The notes under the pieces: model-generated | Databases searched by the model: none | Told to the model about the DNA's origin: nothing | What the model saw: only the letters and a program-made list of their open reading frames with translations | Program-made: the position numbers and the translations under genes | Shown: positions 1 through 9,565 of the stretch, piece by piece | How positions within the stretch are numbered: the stretch's first letter is position 1 | Layout: each line of letters begins with the position of its first letter | Virus record (IMG/VR): IMGVR_UViG_3300013101_000005 | Coordinates: 34,632-98,631 of that record | Reading direction: 5' to 3' (one strand) | From: a virus | Length of the DNA stretch: 64,000 nucleotides

Positions 1-57
1 GCAGATTATTTTGAAATTACTGAATGTGCTGATCTAACTTTTATAAAGGTGAAATAA
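1..57 (+). CDS. 3' end of a gene truncated by the window edge
   Basis: Frame 1 is open (ADYFEITECADLTFIKVK) to TAA at 55-57, which overlaps the ATG of the next gene. Confidence 0.5.
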   Translation, partial: ADYFEITECADLTFIKVK

Positions 58-737
58 TGGATAGATTATTTATAACTACAAAAGATCGTCCAACTGAACT
101 TGCTATTTTATGTAAGTCTTTATTACATAGTGATATGAGAAAATTTATCAAAGAAGTAATTTTCTTGGATGATAACTCTGAAGAGATAATGGAAATACAA
201 AGAATTTATACAGCCTTTATGTATACTCTTTTACCACAAGGTATTAAGTGTAGGTTACTAGAAGCAAAAGATGGAAGAGAAGGAATTAATGCCAGTTGGG
301 ATAGAATAAAACATTATCCATCTAACCACATTTGGGGATTAAATGGGGATATGATGGTTTTTGAAAACTATTTTGAAAGATGTTTAAGTATCTTAACTTT
401 TGGAATTGAAAAGTATGGCATGGGCTCTTCTTTGTTAGTTTCTGGGTTTAATACGCCAATGCATCCAGTAGAACTTACCCATTATGAACAGAAGTGTGTT
501 AAAGCACCAAGTGTAGGAGGCTGTGCTTTTGTTATACGACATATGGATGTTGTGTTGTTCCTAGAGGCTTTAGGAAAACCTACAATGAACAGGGGATTTG
601 ATTTGCATCTTGGTGAAGTTTTTGATTGTATTTTAACAGCAAATCCCTCAGTTAGCCAGCATATAGGTATTTTAACAGGATTAAACCAATTGCAATTATC
701 AGGGTTTCCCGGTGCTTTTGCAAGAGTAAGAGGATAG
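57..737 (+). CDS. Glycosyltransferase, GT-A fold (GT2-like)
   Basis: N-terminal FITTKDRP..L..L..SL, IFLDDNS, a DxD-like LNGD motif and C-terminal PSVSQHIG match GT2-type motifs. Confidence 0.7.
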   Translation: MDRLFITTKDRPTELAILCKSLLHSDMRKFIKEVIFLDDNSEEIMEIQRIYTAFMYTLLPQGIKCRLLEAKDGREGINASWDRIKHYPSNHIWGLNGDMMVFENYFERCLSILTFGIEKYGMGSSLLVSGFNTPMHPVELTHYEQKCVKAPSVGGCAFVIRHMDVVLFLEALGKPTMNRGFDLHLGEVFDCILTANPSVSQHIGILTGLNQLQLSGFPGAFARVRG

Positions 738-738
738 A

Positions 739-987
739 ATGACTGAAGATGAAAATAAAAACTTTTGGGAAGAAGAAAAATCTGAAGTTGATTTACTAAA
801 GTTAGGATCAGCGTATCCACCCGTTAGGGTTTACTTAACAGCAATAGAGATTGCAAGGCTGAACTCATTAGAAGCGGTTGTGAAATCTATTATTTTGTCA
901 GATGGTAAAGAACTTGATTTGGAAATATTCTTGGAAACAGATAGAAATAAGTTTGCGAAAGATTTAAGAGAGGCACTTGATGAATAA
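739..987 (+). CDS. Hypothetical acidic protein
   Basis: ORF with an AGAGGA SD, tightly coupled to its neighbours. Confidence 0.6.
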   Translation: MTEDENKNFWEEEKSEVDLLKLGSAYPPVRVYLTAIEIARLNSLEAVVKSIILSDGKELDLEIFLETDRNKFAKDLREALDE

Positions 988-1588
988 GTTAAAAATAGCG
1001 GTAGATATGGATGAAGTTATTGTAGATTTAATCGGTCATTGGGAGATGATTTATAGGATAAAGGCTAATATTCCTGACATTGAGGAAATTATAGTAGACC
1101 AGTGGGATGTGGCAGAGTCTTTTACTCGCCTCCCAAAAAGAGAAATATATGCTATGTTGGACATACCGGGAATGTTTGCTCATTGCCAACCTATACCGGG
1201 GGCGATAGATGGGCTACTTTACCTTGAGGAAGATGATCGGTTTGATGTTCATATAGTTACCGTTGCTAAGGCTAGAACAGCATACAGCGAAAAAATAGAA
1301 TGGGTTGAACAACACCTTGGCTCTTTTTTAAAAAATAAAACTATCGGGTTGTGCTCTTTTGAAACTAAAGCAGAATTAGCCTGTAATTATGATGTTATGA
1401 TAGAAGACAATCATATGACTCTATCAAAAATAGATCCCAAATGTGGATGTCATAGAATACTTTTTAAACAACCACATAACTACATGGCTGTGTATCCTAA
1501 AGATTTTGATGATGCTGTTGTTGGTTGGGATGATTTAATTAGAAAGTTGCTGATACTATGGGAAAATCGACAACAAAACATGAGTTAG
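980..1588 (+). CDS. 5'(3')-deoxyribonucleotidase, NT5C-like HAD hydrolase
   Basis: HAD motif I IAVDMDEVIVD, PIPGA, IVT, K..WVEQH and C-terminal DVMIEDN. Confidence 0.85.
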   Translation: MNKLKIAVDMDEVIVDLIGHWEMIYRIKANIPDIEEIIVDQWDVAESFTRLPKREIYAMLDIPGMFAHCQPIPGAIDGLLYLEEDDRFDVHIVTVAKARTAYSEKIEWVEQHLGSFLKNKTIGLCSFETKAELACNYDVMIEDNHMTLSKIDPKCGCHRILFKQPHNYMAVYPKDFDDAVVGWDDLIRKLLILWENRQQNMS

Positions 1589-1920
1589 TTAGGTCTGTTT
1601 TTTATGAGCAAGATAAGTCAGATCCAGAAAGAATACAAAAATATATTCTAGAAGATGTTTTTGATATATTTGTAGAAAATATAAAAGATGCTTTGGTTAG
1701 TGGTGAATATGTATATCTTCGTGGCTTTGGTACTTTTGCCCCGATTAGGGAGAACTTAAGAAGAAGAACAAGGTATGTGCCTGGACCTGATAAAATAGTA
1801 GACACTATTGTTTTAAATCATCATAGGATTTTTAAACCGTCAAGAGAGTTGATTCGTAAAGTAAATGTAGGAGCAAGTGATGTATTCCAAAGATATTTTG
1901 ACAATAGTAACGATTCCTAA
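1558..1920 (+). CDS. HU/IHF-like DNA-binding protein
   Basis: VYLRGFGTF, R..P arm and FKPSREL signature. Confidence 0.8.
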   Translation: MGKSTTKHELVRSVFYEQDKSDPERIQKYILEDVFDIFVENIKDALVSGEYVYLRGFGTFAPIRENLRRRTRYVPGPDKIVDTIVLNHHRIFKPSRELIRKVNVGASDVFQRYFDNSNDS

Positions 1921-2581
1921 TTATGTTAGTTTCTCTAAGAGAACATTCTTAATTAAGATGTACAAAAATGTATTTGGTAATAACATTATATATGTTATAG
2001 AAAACATGACAAATACTTTGTCTGCTTATTTGAAAGAAGAGTTGGGACTGAGTATAAAATACTTTGCAAAGGGTCTTAACATGGACCCAAGATTAAATAT
2101 AGGTGTTTTTAAATGTTCAAACAAATTTATAAGTGATGTTTATACAGATTTGTGTGATAATAATAAATATGACTTTTATTGTTGTGTAGATCCCGGTGTT
2201 CTTGTATTTGAATATCCAATGTCAAAGTTTTTAAAGATACCGTTTGATACCTTTTTAGGGGTAAGATTTATAGGTACAAAAGATGCACAGTATTTAAATA
2301 TTAAGAAAGAACGCATGAATCTTGAATTAGACCTATTATATAAAGATTTAGGCAAAAATATAGAAAACGACTTTTGTTCTTTTTCTAATAAAAAGTACAG
2401 TAAAGAGGATTATGGTGTTTTATTATGTAGAAGATCCTTTTTACTTAATACAGGATTATTTGCTCATGCACTACAGAATGACTTTGTTCATACTGTAATA
2501 GATTCAGTTTATGTAAGTGATTTTGATATAGAGTATTCGCATGATCTTTATACATTTAAGTTAGGTAAGGAGGACAGATGA
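1880..2581 (+). CDS. Hypothetical protein, possibly a divergent GT-A glycosyltransferase
   Basis: ORF with a GGAG SD; YDFYCCVDPGVLV resembles the GT-A strand before a DxD-like motif. Weak. Confidence 0.4.
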   Translation: MYSKDILTIVTIPNYVSFSKRTFLIKMYKNVFGNNIIYVIENMTNTLSAYLKEELGLSIKYFAKGLNMDPRLNIGVFKCSNKFISDVYTDLCDNNKYDFYCCVDPGVLVFEYPMSKFLKIPFDTFLGVRFIGTKDAQYLNIKKERMNLELDLLYKDLGKNIENDFCSFSNKKYSKEDYGVLLCRRSFLLNTGLFAHALQNDFVHTVIDSVYVSDFDIEYSHDLYTFKLGKEDR

Positions 2582-3150
2582 CACCAGGAATATTCAAGTT
2601 TATAACTGGTCCAATGTTTTGTGGTAAAACTGAGGAATTGATAAGAATAGCAACAAGGTACACAATTGCAAATAAACGAGTTCTAATCTGCAATCCAAAA
2701 AGGGATAAAAGATTTGGATCAGGCGTTATTTGTTCACATAATGAAAAAGCGTTACAATCACATGAGATTTCTACTATTCAAGATGTATTTCCAAAAATAC
2801 ATAATTACAAACCAGGAATAGATGGTATCTTTATAGATGAAATACAATTTGTAAAAGATCTAAATATAAAAGATATACGAAATATAACAGAAGGTTGGGG
2901 TATAGATTTATATGTTGCAGGGCTTACTCTAGATTCTTTTAGAGAACCCTTTCCAGAGATTTTGAATATACTACCTTTTGCAGATATATTACATTTAGAA
3001 TCTGTTTGTGATTTTTGTGGTAGTTTTTCTGCTAGGTATACCTATCGTAAGGATGTTGGGCATAAGGAACAACTTTTTGTTGGTGGTAAAGAATCTTATT
3101 GTGCAATATGTTCTAATTGTTTAAATAAAAAAGAGAGCCCTTATGACTAA
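2578..3150 (+). CDS. tdk: Thymidine kinase
   Basis: GPMFCGKTEEL P-loop, IDEIQF, AGL.LD, CDFC..CSNC zinc ligands and VGGKESY. Confidence 0.95.
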   Translation: MTPGIFKFITGPMFCGKTEELIRIATRYTIANKRVLICNPKRDKRFGSGVICSHNEKALQSHEISTIQDVFPKIHNYKPGIDGIFIDEIQFVKDLNIKDIRNITEGWGIDLYVAGLTLDSFREPFPEILNILPFADILHLESVCDFCGSFSARYTYRKDVGHKEQLFVGGKESYCAICSNCLNKKESPYD

Positions 3151-3490
3151 AAAGAAACAAAACAAACCAAAAATTCGTGGTGCAAAACTTGCATCACCAC
3201 CAGCAGACTCATTACTAACACCTATAAATATAGAAATAAATGGTTATGTTTATACTTGTTACGGTAATAGTAGAGTAGAGAGTATTGTTGATTCTGTAGA
3301 ATCACACATAGACAATGACAGAGAATTTAAGGATAATATAACAGTCATTCAGAATGGTTATATAAATGAAGTTGTTTATGCACCAGCAGTTCTGTGTATG
3401 TTAGGTTATTTTGATAAAGGGGACCTTTATAACATTCTAATTGGACAAACAGCAGAGGAGTTCTTAGATGGAAGTGAAGAGCAAGAATAA
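3143..3490 (+). CDS. Hypothetical protein
   Basis: ORF coupled within the operon. Confidence 0.6.
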   Translation: MTKKKQNKPKIRGAKLASPPADSLLTPINIEINGYVYTCYGNSRVESIVDSVESHIDNDREFKDNITVIQNGYINEVVYAPAVLCMLGYFDKGDLYNILIGQTAEEFLDGSEEQE

Positions 3491-4037
3491 AACTGATTTG
3501 TTTTTTACAGATGCTATAGGAACCTTTTCTGTTCTTAATGATACTGTGTTTCTACCAAAGATATCAGCATTTAATAAACTGTCTTCTTTAAAAGAAGCAG
3601 AAGAAAAATTAGCTGTTCTTAGCACAGTAGCCTTCTATGGGAAAACCTTATTGACACATGGTACTATTTATAATAGAGAATACTTGTTTTTTTATTCGCA
3701 CTCTGGAAACTTTGAAAGTAGTAGAATATTAAATAATAAAATTGATAGTCTTTCATTCTTTTCTCATCAGGGGTTTAGGTTAATAGTCTTACTAGCACGA
3801 GAATTGCAACCTATGCTAAGATCTAAAAGTTCAATTAAAACCTTTTTTAATAAAGATCATATGAAAGATAGAAAACCTAGAATGGCTGTTATATTTGAAT
3901 CAGAGAAATTAAAAAAAGGGATAACTGCTGCCTCATTTGATGTAAATGATGTCTTTGATGAAACAGAAGTTGTTTTCTTTTTAGGAGAAGATATTAGAGA
4001 AGTTAGGAACAAAGAGGGGACTCTTTTATTATGTTAG
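3468..4037 (+). CDS. Hypothetical protein
   Basis: ORF with a GAGGAG SD. Confidence 0.6.
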   Translation: MEVKSKNKTDLFFTDAIGTFSVLNDTVFLPKISAFNKLSSLKEAEEKLAVLSTVAFYGKTLLTHGTIYNREYLFFYSHSGNFESSRILNNKIDSLSFFSHQGFRLIVLLARELQPMLRSKSSIKTFFNKDHMKDRKPRMAVIFESEKLKKGITAASFDVNDVFDETEVVFFLGEDIREVRNKEGTLLLC

Positions 4038-4315
4038 ATTTTTGCATAGTAAACATGGGTGATTATAATTTTAGATGTGTTCTGTCTGAAGAAACATACT
4101 TTGATTTTAGTGTGTCACAACTTGAACTTTTTGGTTACGATTACTTTTTTTCACACATGCAAAGAGGAGTTGGTGGTGCTTTATATGAAGTAGAAACAGG
4201 AAGATCAATAGGGGATGTAGTTTCAATTAGATATTTAAAACCTAAGGATGAAATTTGGGTTTTGGTTAGAAATGGTATACGTGGAGAATTGTATGCCAAA
4301 CATCTTGGAGGATAA
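4031..4315 (+). CDS. Hypothetical protein
   Basis: ORF with a GAGGGA SD. Confidence 0.55.
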   Translation: MLDFCIVNMGDYNFRCVLSEETYFDFSVSQLELFGYDYFFSHMQRGVGGALYEVETGRSIGDVVSIRYLKPKDEIWVLVRNGIRGELYAKHLGG

Positions 4316-4316
4316 T

Positions 4317-4490
4317 ATGTTAGAGGTTACCATGTGGGAAAATATATTTGCTTTTTTCATCAAATTTAGTTTTATATCTTTAGTATCTTACGGTTGGATT
4401 AGAGGAATATTGGTCAATGTTATAAACAACATATATGGCGGTAAACTTGCTATAGAACAATCAAAACAAATAAAGAAAGAAAGTACTTAA
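4317..4490 (+). CDS. Small membrane protein
   Basis: GGAGG upstream of the ATG at 4317; one hydrophobic segment. Confidence 0.55.
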   Translation: MLEVTMWENIFAFFIKFSFISLVSYGWIRGILVNVINNIYGGKLAIEQSKQIKKEST

Positions 4491-4817
4491 ATGGCAAAAC
4501 GAGGAGAACATAAAAGAACGAGTAAGAAAGACAGCGAACTTTCACCAATGGGTAGGTGGAGAAGAAAGTATAAAGATAAATATCAGAAATGGCGCAAAAA
4601 ATATAAGCAAACAAATAAGTCAAACTCAAGGAATAAGGCAAGACGAATACTTATGAAGAGTGGCAGAGCTAAGGTTTGTACAAAGTGTGGTATTCGTCCT
4701 GAGTCTCGTAGGTTAGAGGTACATCATAAGAATGGTAAACCGTTGGATAACAGACTGTCCAATCTCGAATGGAGATGTTCAAAATGTAATCCACGAGGAA
4801 GGGCCGCAAGTAAATGA
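4491..4817 (+). CDS. HNH endonuclease-like protein
   Basis: Basic N-terminus, then CTKC...LEVHHKNG..LDNRLSNL..RCSKCN. Confidence 0.85.
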   Translation: MAKRGEHKRTSKKDSELSPMGRWRRKYKDKYQKWRKKYKQTNKSNSRNKARRILMKSGRAKVCTKCGIRPESRRLEVHHKNGKPLDNRLSNLEWRCSKCNPRGRAASK

Positions 4818-5611
4818 CTCCCAAAGAAGTAGAATTTAAAGATATTCTTAGGAAATTAGGCAGAAGTGATAATACAATAAAAGCGTATGTTAGGGACTTA
4901 TCCCTTCTTTTTAAGAAGCACGATGAAATAAATAATAAAACTATACAAGATATGATATTTACAATGTCAGATAACGGTATAAAGCCTTCTACGGTTCGTA
5001 GATTTATTTCCTCTGTAAAGACTTATTGCTCAATTTTTGAGATTGAAATAAATTTTGCTAAAATATCAAAACCTAAGTTGGTACAACGGGAGTCTTCTTA
5101 TATAACTGATACTGTTTTTACAAATGGTATTGGAACAATACTTGCAGAACATAATACAACACAACAAGACAGGGAGTTTAAAAGTTTAGTATTTAACTTC
5201 CTATACAAAACAGGGATGCGTGTTTCTGAATTATTAAATCTAACGTTGGACAATTATAATACTGAAACACATTTCATACAAATTATTGGCAAGGGAAACA
5301 AAGAAAGAAAAATTCCAATTCATGACACATTAGTATACGCTTTTGATCTGGCTTGGTTTTTTTCTAGACTAGGTAGTGTTCATTATAATACTGTATTATA
5401 CTGGACTAAAAAGTATTTTGGAAAAGAGTACTCACCACATAGTTTTAGGCATGGGTTTACAACAAAGTTGGTGAAAAAGGGGACTAGTGAGCGTGCTGTT
5501 CAATCTGTTTTAGGACACGCTTCCTTTGTTACAACCCTAAGGTACTTTCACTTAAACGAGGACGAAATTAGGAAAGAAGTAATTTCTGCATTGGAGGAAG
5601 AAAATGATTAA
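4814..5611 (+). CDS. Tyrosine recombinase, XerC/D-like
   Basis: SAM-like N-terminus (NTIKAY..DL), TGMRVSEL, GKGNKER, HSFRH, LGH and catalytic Tyr in TTLRY. Confidence 0.92.
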   Translation: MTPKEVEFKDILRKLGRSDNTIKAYVRDLSLLFKKHDEINNKTIQDMIFTMSDNGIKPSTVRRFISSVKTYCSIFEIEINFAKISKPKLVQRESSYITDTVFTNGIGTILAEHNTTQQDREFKSLVFNFLYKTGMRVSELLNLTLDNYNTETHFIQIIGKGNKERKIPIHDTLVYAFDLAWFFSRLGSVHYNTVLYWTKKYFGKEYSPHSFRHGFTTKLVKKGTSERAVQSVLGHASFVTTLRYFHLNEDEIRKEVISALEEEND

Positions 5612-6023
5612 CAAAGTAATTTTACAGGGCAGACTTGGTGAGGATGCAGCTTGTGAAAATATTGATCAACCAGTTAAATTTTCTATTGCTACTTGGGAAA
5701 GCTATAGAGATGAAGATGAAGAGTCTGGGTGGAAGACTACCACAACGTGGCATCGTATTACGCTGTGGGGGAAGCCTGAACACAGGAAGTCTACTGCTGA
5801 TAGATTGAAAAAGGGTATGCTTGTATATCTAGAAGGAAAGATTAAGACGAGTAAGTGGACCAACAACGAAGGTGAAGAGCGTAGAAGTAATGATGTTACT
5901 GCACAGTTTGTTAAGGTAGTTCCTGTTGGTAAGGAACAAAAAGAACAAAGTAATGTTTCTGTTGCAAAACCTACGCCTTCTCCTGCTGTTGCTGAAGAAG
6001 AACCTGACGACCTACCTTTTTAG
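5604..6023 (+). CDS. ssb: Single-stranded DNA-binding protein
   Basis: INKVILQGRLG, WHRI, KGMLVYLEGKI and acidic tail DDLPF. Confidence 0.95.
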   Translation: MINKVILQGRLGEDAACENIDQPVKFSIATWESYRDEDEESGWKTTTTWHRITLWGKPEHRKSTADRLKKGMLVYLEGKIKTSKWTNNEGEERRSNDVTAQFVKVVPVGKEQKEQSNVSVAKPTPSPAVAEEEPDDLPF

Positions 6024-6031
6024 GAGTGTAA

Positions 6032-6742
6032 GTGTATTACGTATATAAAACAACAAACCTAAAGAATGGCAAGGTTTACATTGGAATTACGGGTAGGGAT
6101 CTGGATGGTGGGGATCCCTACCTTGGATCTGGTAAACATTTACTTAGTTCTATTAAAAAGTATGGTAAAAAGAGGTTTACCAGAGAAATACTATTAAGAC
6201 ACGAAGATCTTGAATTGGTTGCTTTTGTTGAGGAAGAGCTGGTTGATGAAGAGTTTGTTGCTAGAAAAGATACTTATAATATTGTTATTGGTGGGGGGTA
6301 TCCCCCTGTGCATAAAGGGGAAGCCCATCCTCTTTTTGGGGTAGGCCATTCAGAGGAATCTAAGAAAAAAATGTCAGATAATAGTCCAGACATGTCAGGA
6401 AAGAATAATCCAAGATATGGTTGCAAACTTTCAGAAGAAACGAAAAAAAAGATGGTAGAAAATCGTATTGCTCCATCAGGCAAAGACCATTATATGTATG
6501 GACGGACAGGAAATAAAAATCATTTTTATGGGGGGCACCATACAGAAGAGACTAAAAAGGCTCTTTCTGAGGCAAGGCGAGGGGAGAAGAACCCTATGTT
6601 TGGTACAAAAAGTCCAAATGCAAAACGTATTGAGATTGATGGTATAAAATATGAAACACAACAAGAAGCTGCTGATGCTTTAGGAGTGGAAAGGCACACC
6701 ATTTGGAGATGGAAAAAACAAGGGAAGCACAACATAAAATGA
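6032..6742 (+). CDS. Free-standing GIY-YIG homing endonuclease with NUMOD3 repeats and C-terminal HTH
   Basis: YVYKTTN..NGKVYIG, YLGSG, repeated HSEESKKKMS / HTEETKK and G..NP.YG units; GTG start after AGGAG. Confidence 0.9.
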   Translation: MYYVYKTTNLKNGKVYIGITGRDLDGGDPYLGSGKHLLSSIKKYGKKRFTREILLRHEDLELVAFVEEELVDEEFVARKDTYNIVIGGGYPPVHKGEAHPLFGVGHSEESKKKMSDNSPDMSGKNNPRYGCKLSEETKKKMVENRIAPSGKDHYMYGRTGNKNHFYGGHHTEETKKALSEARRGEKNPMFGTKSPNAKRIEIDGIKYETQQEAADALGVERHTIWRWKKQGKHNIK

Positions 6743-7656
6743 CAAAACTAACCAAAAACATAGTTACGGCATCTGGCCTTGGTGACCTCTTTGTGCTTTT
6801 GTCGAGATTGGATGATTTTTTTCTAAAAAATACTGAATATGACAAAATTAAATATTGGTCGTGGATCCACCACCCGGAACTTGCCAGAGAATTAGTCAGT
6901 CATTCAGAACACGATGTAAGTATTTTTTCAGTAGAAGATATGACAAATTATCTAAAAGAGATAATACCGAAAGAGCACTTAGAAAAGGCATCAGAACTTT
7001 TTATACATCAAAAAGTCTCTGGTATTGGTGTAGATAAATACATGGAATTTATTTCTAGGTTCTTCCCTAACATCGAACAATGTGTGTGGCTACCTGTATA
7101 CAAAAAGTATAAAACCACATATCCTTTTCAGTTGGATGTACCTATACCTAAACGAGAAAAAGAATATATACTTGTCCACCCCTTTTCTACTACAGTTAAA
7201 ACAGAAAAGGCTGAAAGAACTTGGTCAACAGTGCGGTGGGGCAGAACAATAAAAATGATAAGTTCCTACTGTTCAAATGAAGACATTATTCTTATTGGTT
7301 CTTACAAAGATAAGATTGAGGGGCCTAGGGACTTCCCTTCTAAACGTGTTATTGATTTAAGGGGGAAGACCTCTATTACAGAAACTATAGGGCTTATAAA
7401 TGGGGCTAAGGCTGTTATAGGTATAAACTCTTGGCCAGCATTGATGGCCTATTGGAATAATACTCCTACATATGTACAATGGTTTGTACAACAACAGTTC
7501 TTGGATACACATGTCCCAAAGCCTGTTGATAAAATGAACCATGTAGTTTTTGAGTTTCCTCTTAAATCTGGGCCGCAGAATGAGGGGGCACACCCTACAG
7601 TAGATGCGGCATGGGTTAATATAAGGAAGGTACTTGATGCAACAGTTACTATTTGA
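6739..7656 (+). CDS. Glycosyltransferase family 9-like (GT-B, heptosyltransferase-like)
   Basis: SGLGD, ILVHPFS..RTW...W, DLRGKTSI.ETI.LI..A..VIGINS; ATGA overlap with the upstream stop. Confidence 0.8.
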   Translation: MTKLTKNIVTASGLGDLFVLLSRLDDFFLKNTEYDKIKYWSWIHHPELARELVSHSEHDVSIFSVEDMTNYLKEIIPKEHLEKASELFIHQKVSGIGVDKYMEFISRFFPNIEQCVWLPVYKKYKTTYPFQLDVPIPKREKEYILVHPFSTTVKTEKAERTWSTVRWGRTIKMISSYCSNEDIILIGSYKDKIEGPRDFPSKRVIDLRGKTSITETIGLINGAKAVIGINSWPALMAYWNNTPTYVQWFVQQQFLDTHVPKPVDKMNHVVFEFPLKSGPQNEGAHPTVDAAWVNIRKVLDATVTI

Positions 7657-9565
7657 AAATATAAATAGTAAAGAACTGTGGTTTCATAAAGAGGGGTGTA
7701 GATATCATATTATAGATACAGAAGCGAAATTGTCTAGAATGTGTGATATCTTAATGTCTTGTAAGTTAATATCTCTGGACATAGAAACAACTGGGCTTGA
7801 TATAGGAACATCTGAGATACTCGGTATTTCCTTTTGTCCAGAAGTTGGCCTTGCTTTTTATGTACCGTTAGCACACTATGGGGATGGTAATATAAGCAAA
7901 GAAATGTTCATTTCTTATTTGGCTTCCTTGTTGGAAAGTAAACCAATATGTGGGCATAATCTTAAATTTGATTATAAGTTTATTAATAAAAAATTAGGTA
8001 TAAAAATAAATTGTGTTCATGATACTTTTATTATTTCAAAACTTCTTGATGAATTTGATTCATGCAAACTAAAATACTTAGGGGAAGTGTTATTTAATTA
8101 TACAGTGGTTGAACTAGCTGAATTAATGAAGCCATATAATTTAAAAGTGAATGAAGGAGATATGCTGAAGGCAAGTGAGATGTATGAATATGCTTGTCAA
8201 GATGTTGATTTAACTTTACGATTATTTAAATTCTTTTGGTTAGAGATGGAATGGCGACCGGATTTTATATATGAACTTGAAATAGATTTAATATATTCTA
8301 TTGCTGCAATGGAAACACGTGGTGTAAAAGTTGATTATGCTTTCCTTAAAGAGCTAAGAACAGAGTACCAAGATAAAATAGATGTACTTGGGGATAAAAT
8401 AAAAGGTATTCTTGAAGTACGAAAAGATTTTAATTTAGAATCAAACCAAAAGTTTGGGGAAGCTGTTGTACATAAGTTCCCTTGGATGAAAACAAAATTA
8501 GTATATACACAAAAACAGGGTATTGCTAAGATGGATGAAGAACATGTTAAACGATATATTGTTAGGTTCGATGAGTATTTACCTTCTAATGATTTATCTG
8601 ATGATCAAAATCTTTTTAGATATTTTAAAGAACGTAAATCAATGCTTAATTTGGTTGTTAAGTATCTGACTTCTTGGATTACTCGTATTGAAACAAATAA
8701 GTCTACCACAATATATACTAACTTTAATTCTCTTGGGACAGATACTGGTAGAATGTCATCAAATGATCCAAATATGCAAAACATAGCACCAAAAATAAGA
8801 CATGCAATAATACCAAGAGAGGGGTACTACTTTATCTCTATGGATTATGACCAAGTTGAATATAGGATACTTGCTGGTATGGCAAACCTTGAGCACCTAA
8901 TTGTAGAAATGAACAAAGGTGATGCTGATGTGCATAAAATTGCGGCAAGTCTATTATTTAAAATTGGTATAGAAGATGTAACAAAGGATCTAAGAACTAG
9001 AGCAAAAACACTTAACTTTGGTTTAATTTATGAAATGGGAATACCGAAACTCGCAGTTGCTCTTAGTATATCAGAGGCAGAAGCTGAAGAACTAAAAGAG
9101 CTATATGTAGAAAGATTCCTAAAAAAGACTCCTTGGTTTAAAGATGTAAAGAAATTTGCAAAAAAGAATGGGTATGTTTTGACATCTTTTGGTAGGAAGA
9201 GAAGAATAGATAATCTTACTTTTCCATATAACCCATACCAAACTGATGAGGAACGTAGAGAAATTCGTGGTCTTATGGCGGCGGGGTATAGAAAGGCAGT
9301 TAATACACCAATACAGGGTACTTCTGCTGACATAACTAAAATAGGGCTTAATACGGTTCATAGTTTTTTACAAAAAGGATCTTACGACATACATCCTATA
9401 TTAGTTATCCATGATGATTTTGTGTTTGAAGTAAACAACAAATATCCTCCAGAGGATATAATCCCAAAATTAAAAGATTGTCTTGAGATGCTATTTAAAG
9501 ATAAGGTAAAACTAACTGTTGATAATAATGTATCAACAATTTCGTGGGGAGCAATAAAAGGATAA
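7637..9565 (+). CDS. polA: Family A DNA polymerase (3'-5' exonuclease plus polymerase, no 5'-3' exonuclease)
   Basis: ExoI DIET, ExoII HNLKFD, ExoIII YACQD, TGRMSS..PNMQN, motif A DYDQVEYR, motif B RAKTLNFGLIY, NTPIQG and motif C HDD. Confidence 0.95.
   Translation: MQQLLFENINSKELWFHKEGCRYHIIDTEAKLSRMCDILMSCKLISLDIETTGLDIGTSEILGISFCPEVGLAFYVPLAHYGDGNISKEMFISYLASLLESKPICGHNLKFDYKFINKKLGIKINCVHDTFIISKLLDEFDSCKLKYLGEVLFNYTVVELAELMKPYNLKVNEGDMLKASEMYEYACQDVDLTLRLFKFFWLEMEWRPDFIYELEIDLIYSIAAMETRGVKVDYAFLKELRTEYQDKIDVLGDKIKGILEVRKDFNLESNQKFGEAVVHKFPWMKTKLVYTQKQGIAKMDEEHVKRYIVRFDEYLPSNDLSDDQNLFRYFKERKSMLNLVVKYLTSWITRIETNKSTTIYTNFNSLGTDTGRMSSNDPNMQNIAPKIRHAIIPREGYYFISMDYDQVEYRILAGMANLEHLIVEMNKGDADVHKIAASLLFKIGIEDVTKDLRTRAKTLNFGLIYEMGIPKLAVALSISEAEAEELKELYVERFLKKTPWFKDVKKFAKKNGYVLTSFGRKRRIDNLTFPYNPYQTDEERREIRGLMAAGYRKAVNTPIQGTSADITKIGLNTVHSFLQKGSYDIHPILVIHDDFVFEVNNKYPPEDIIPKLKDCLEMLFKDKVKLTVDNNVSTISWGAIKG

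Noticed and set aside
6032-6742. GIY-YIG gene as part of a group I intron
   Set aside because: Flanking genes are intact and there is no non-coding space for an intron core.
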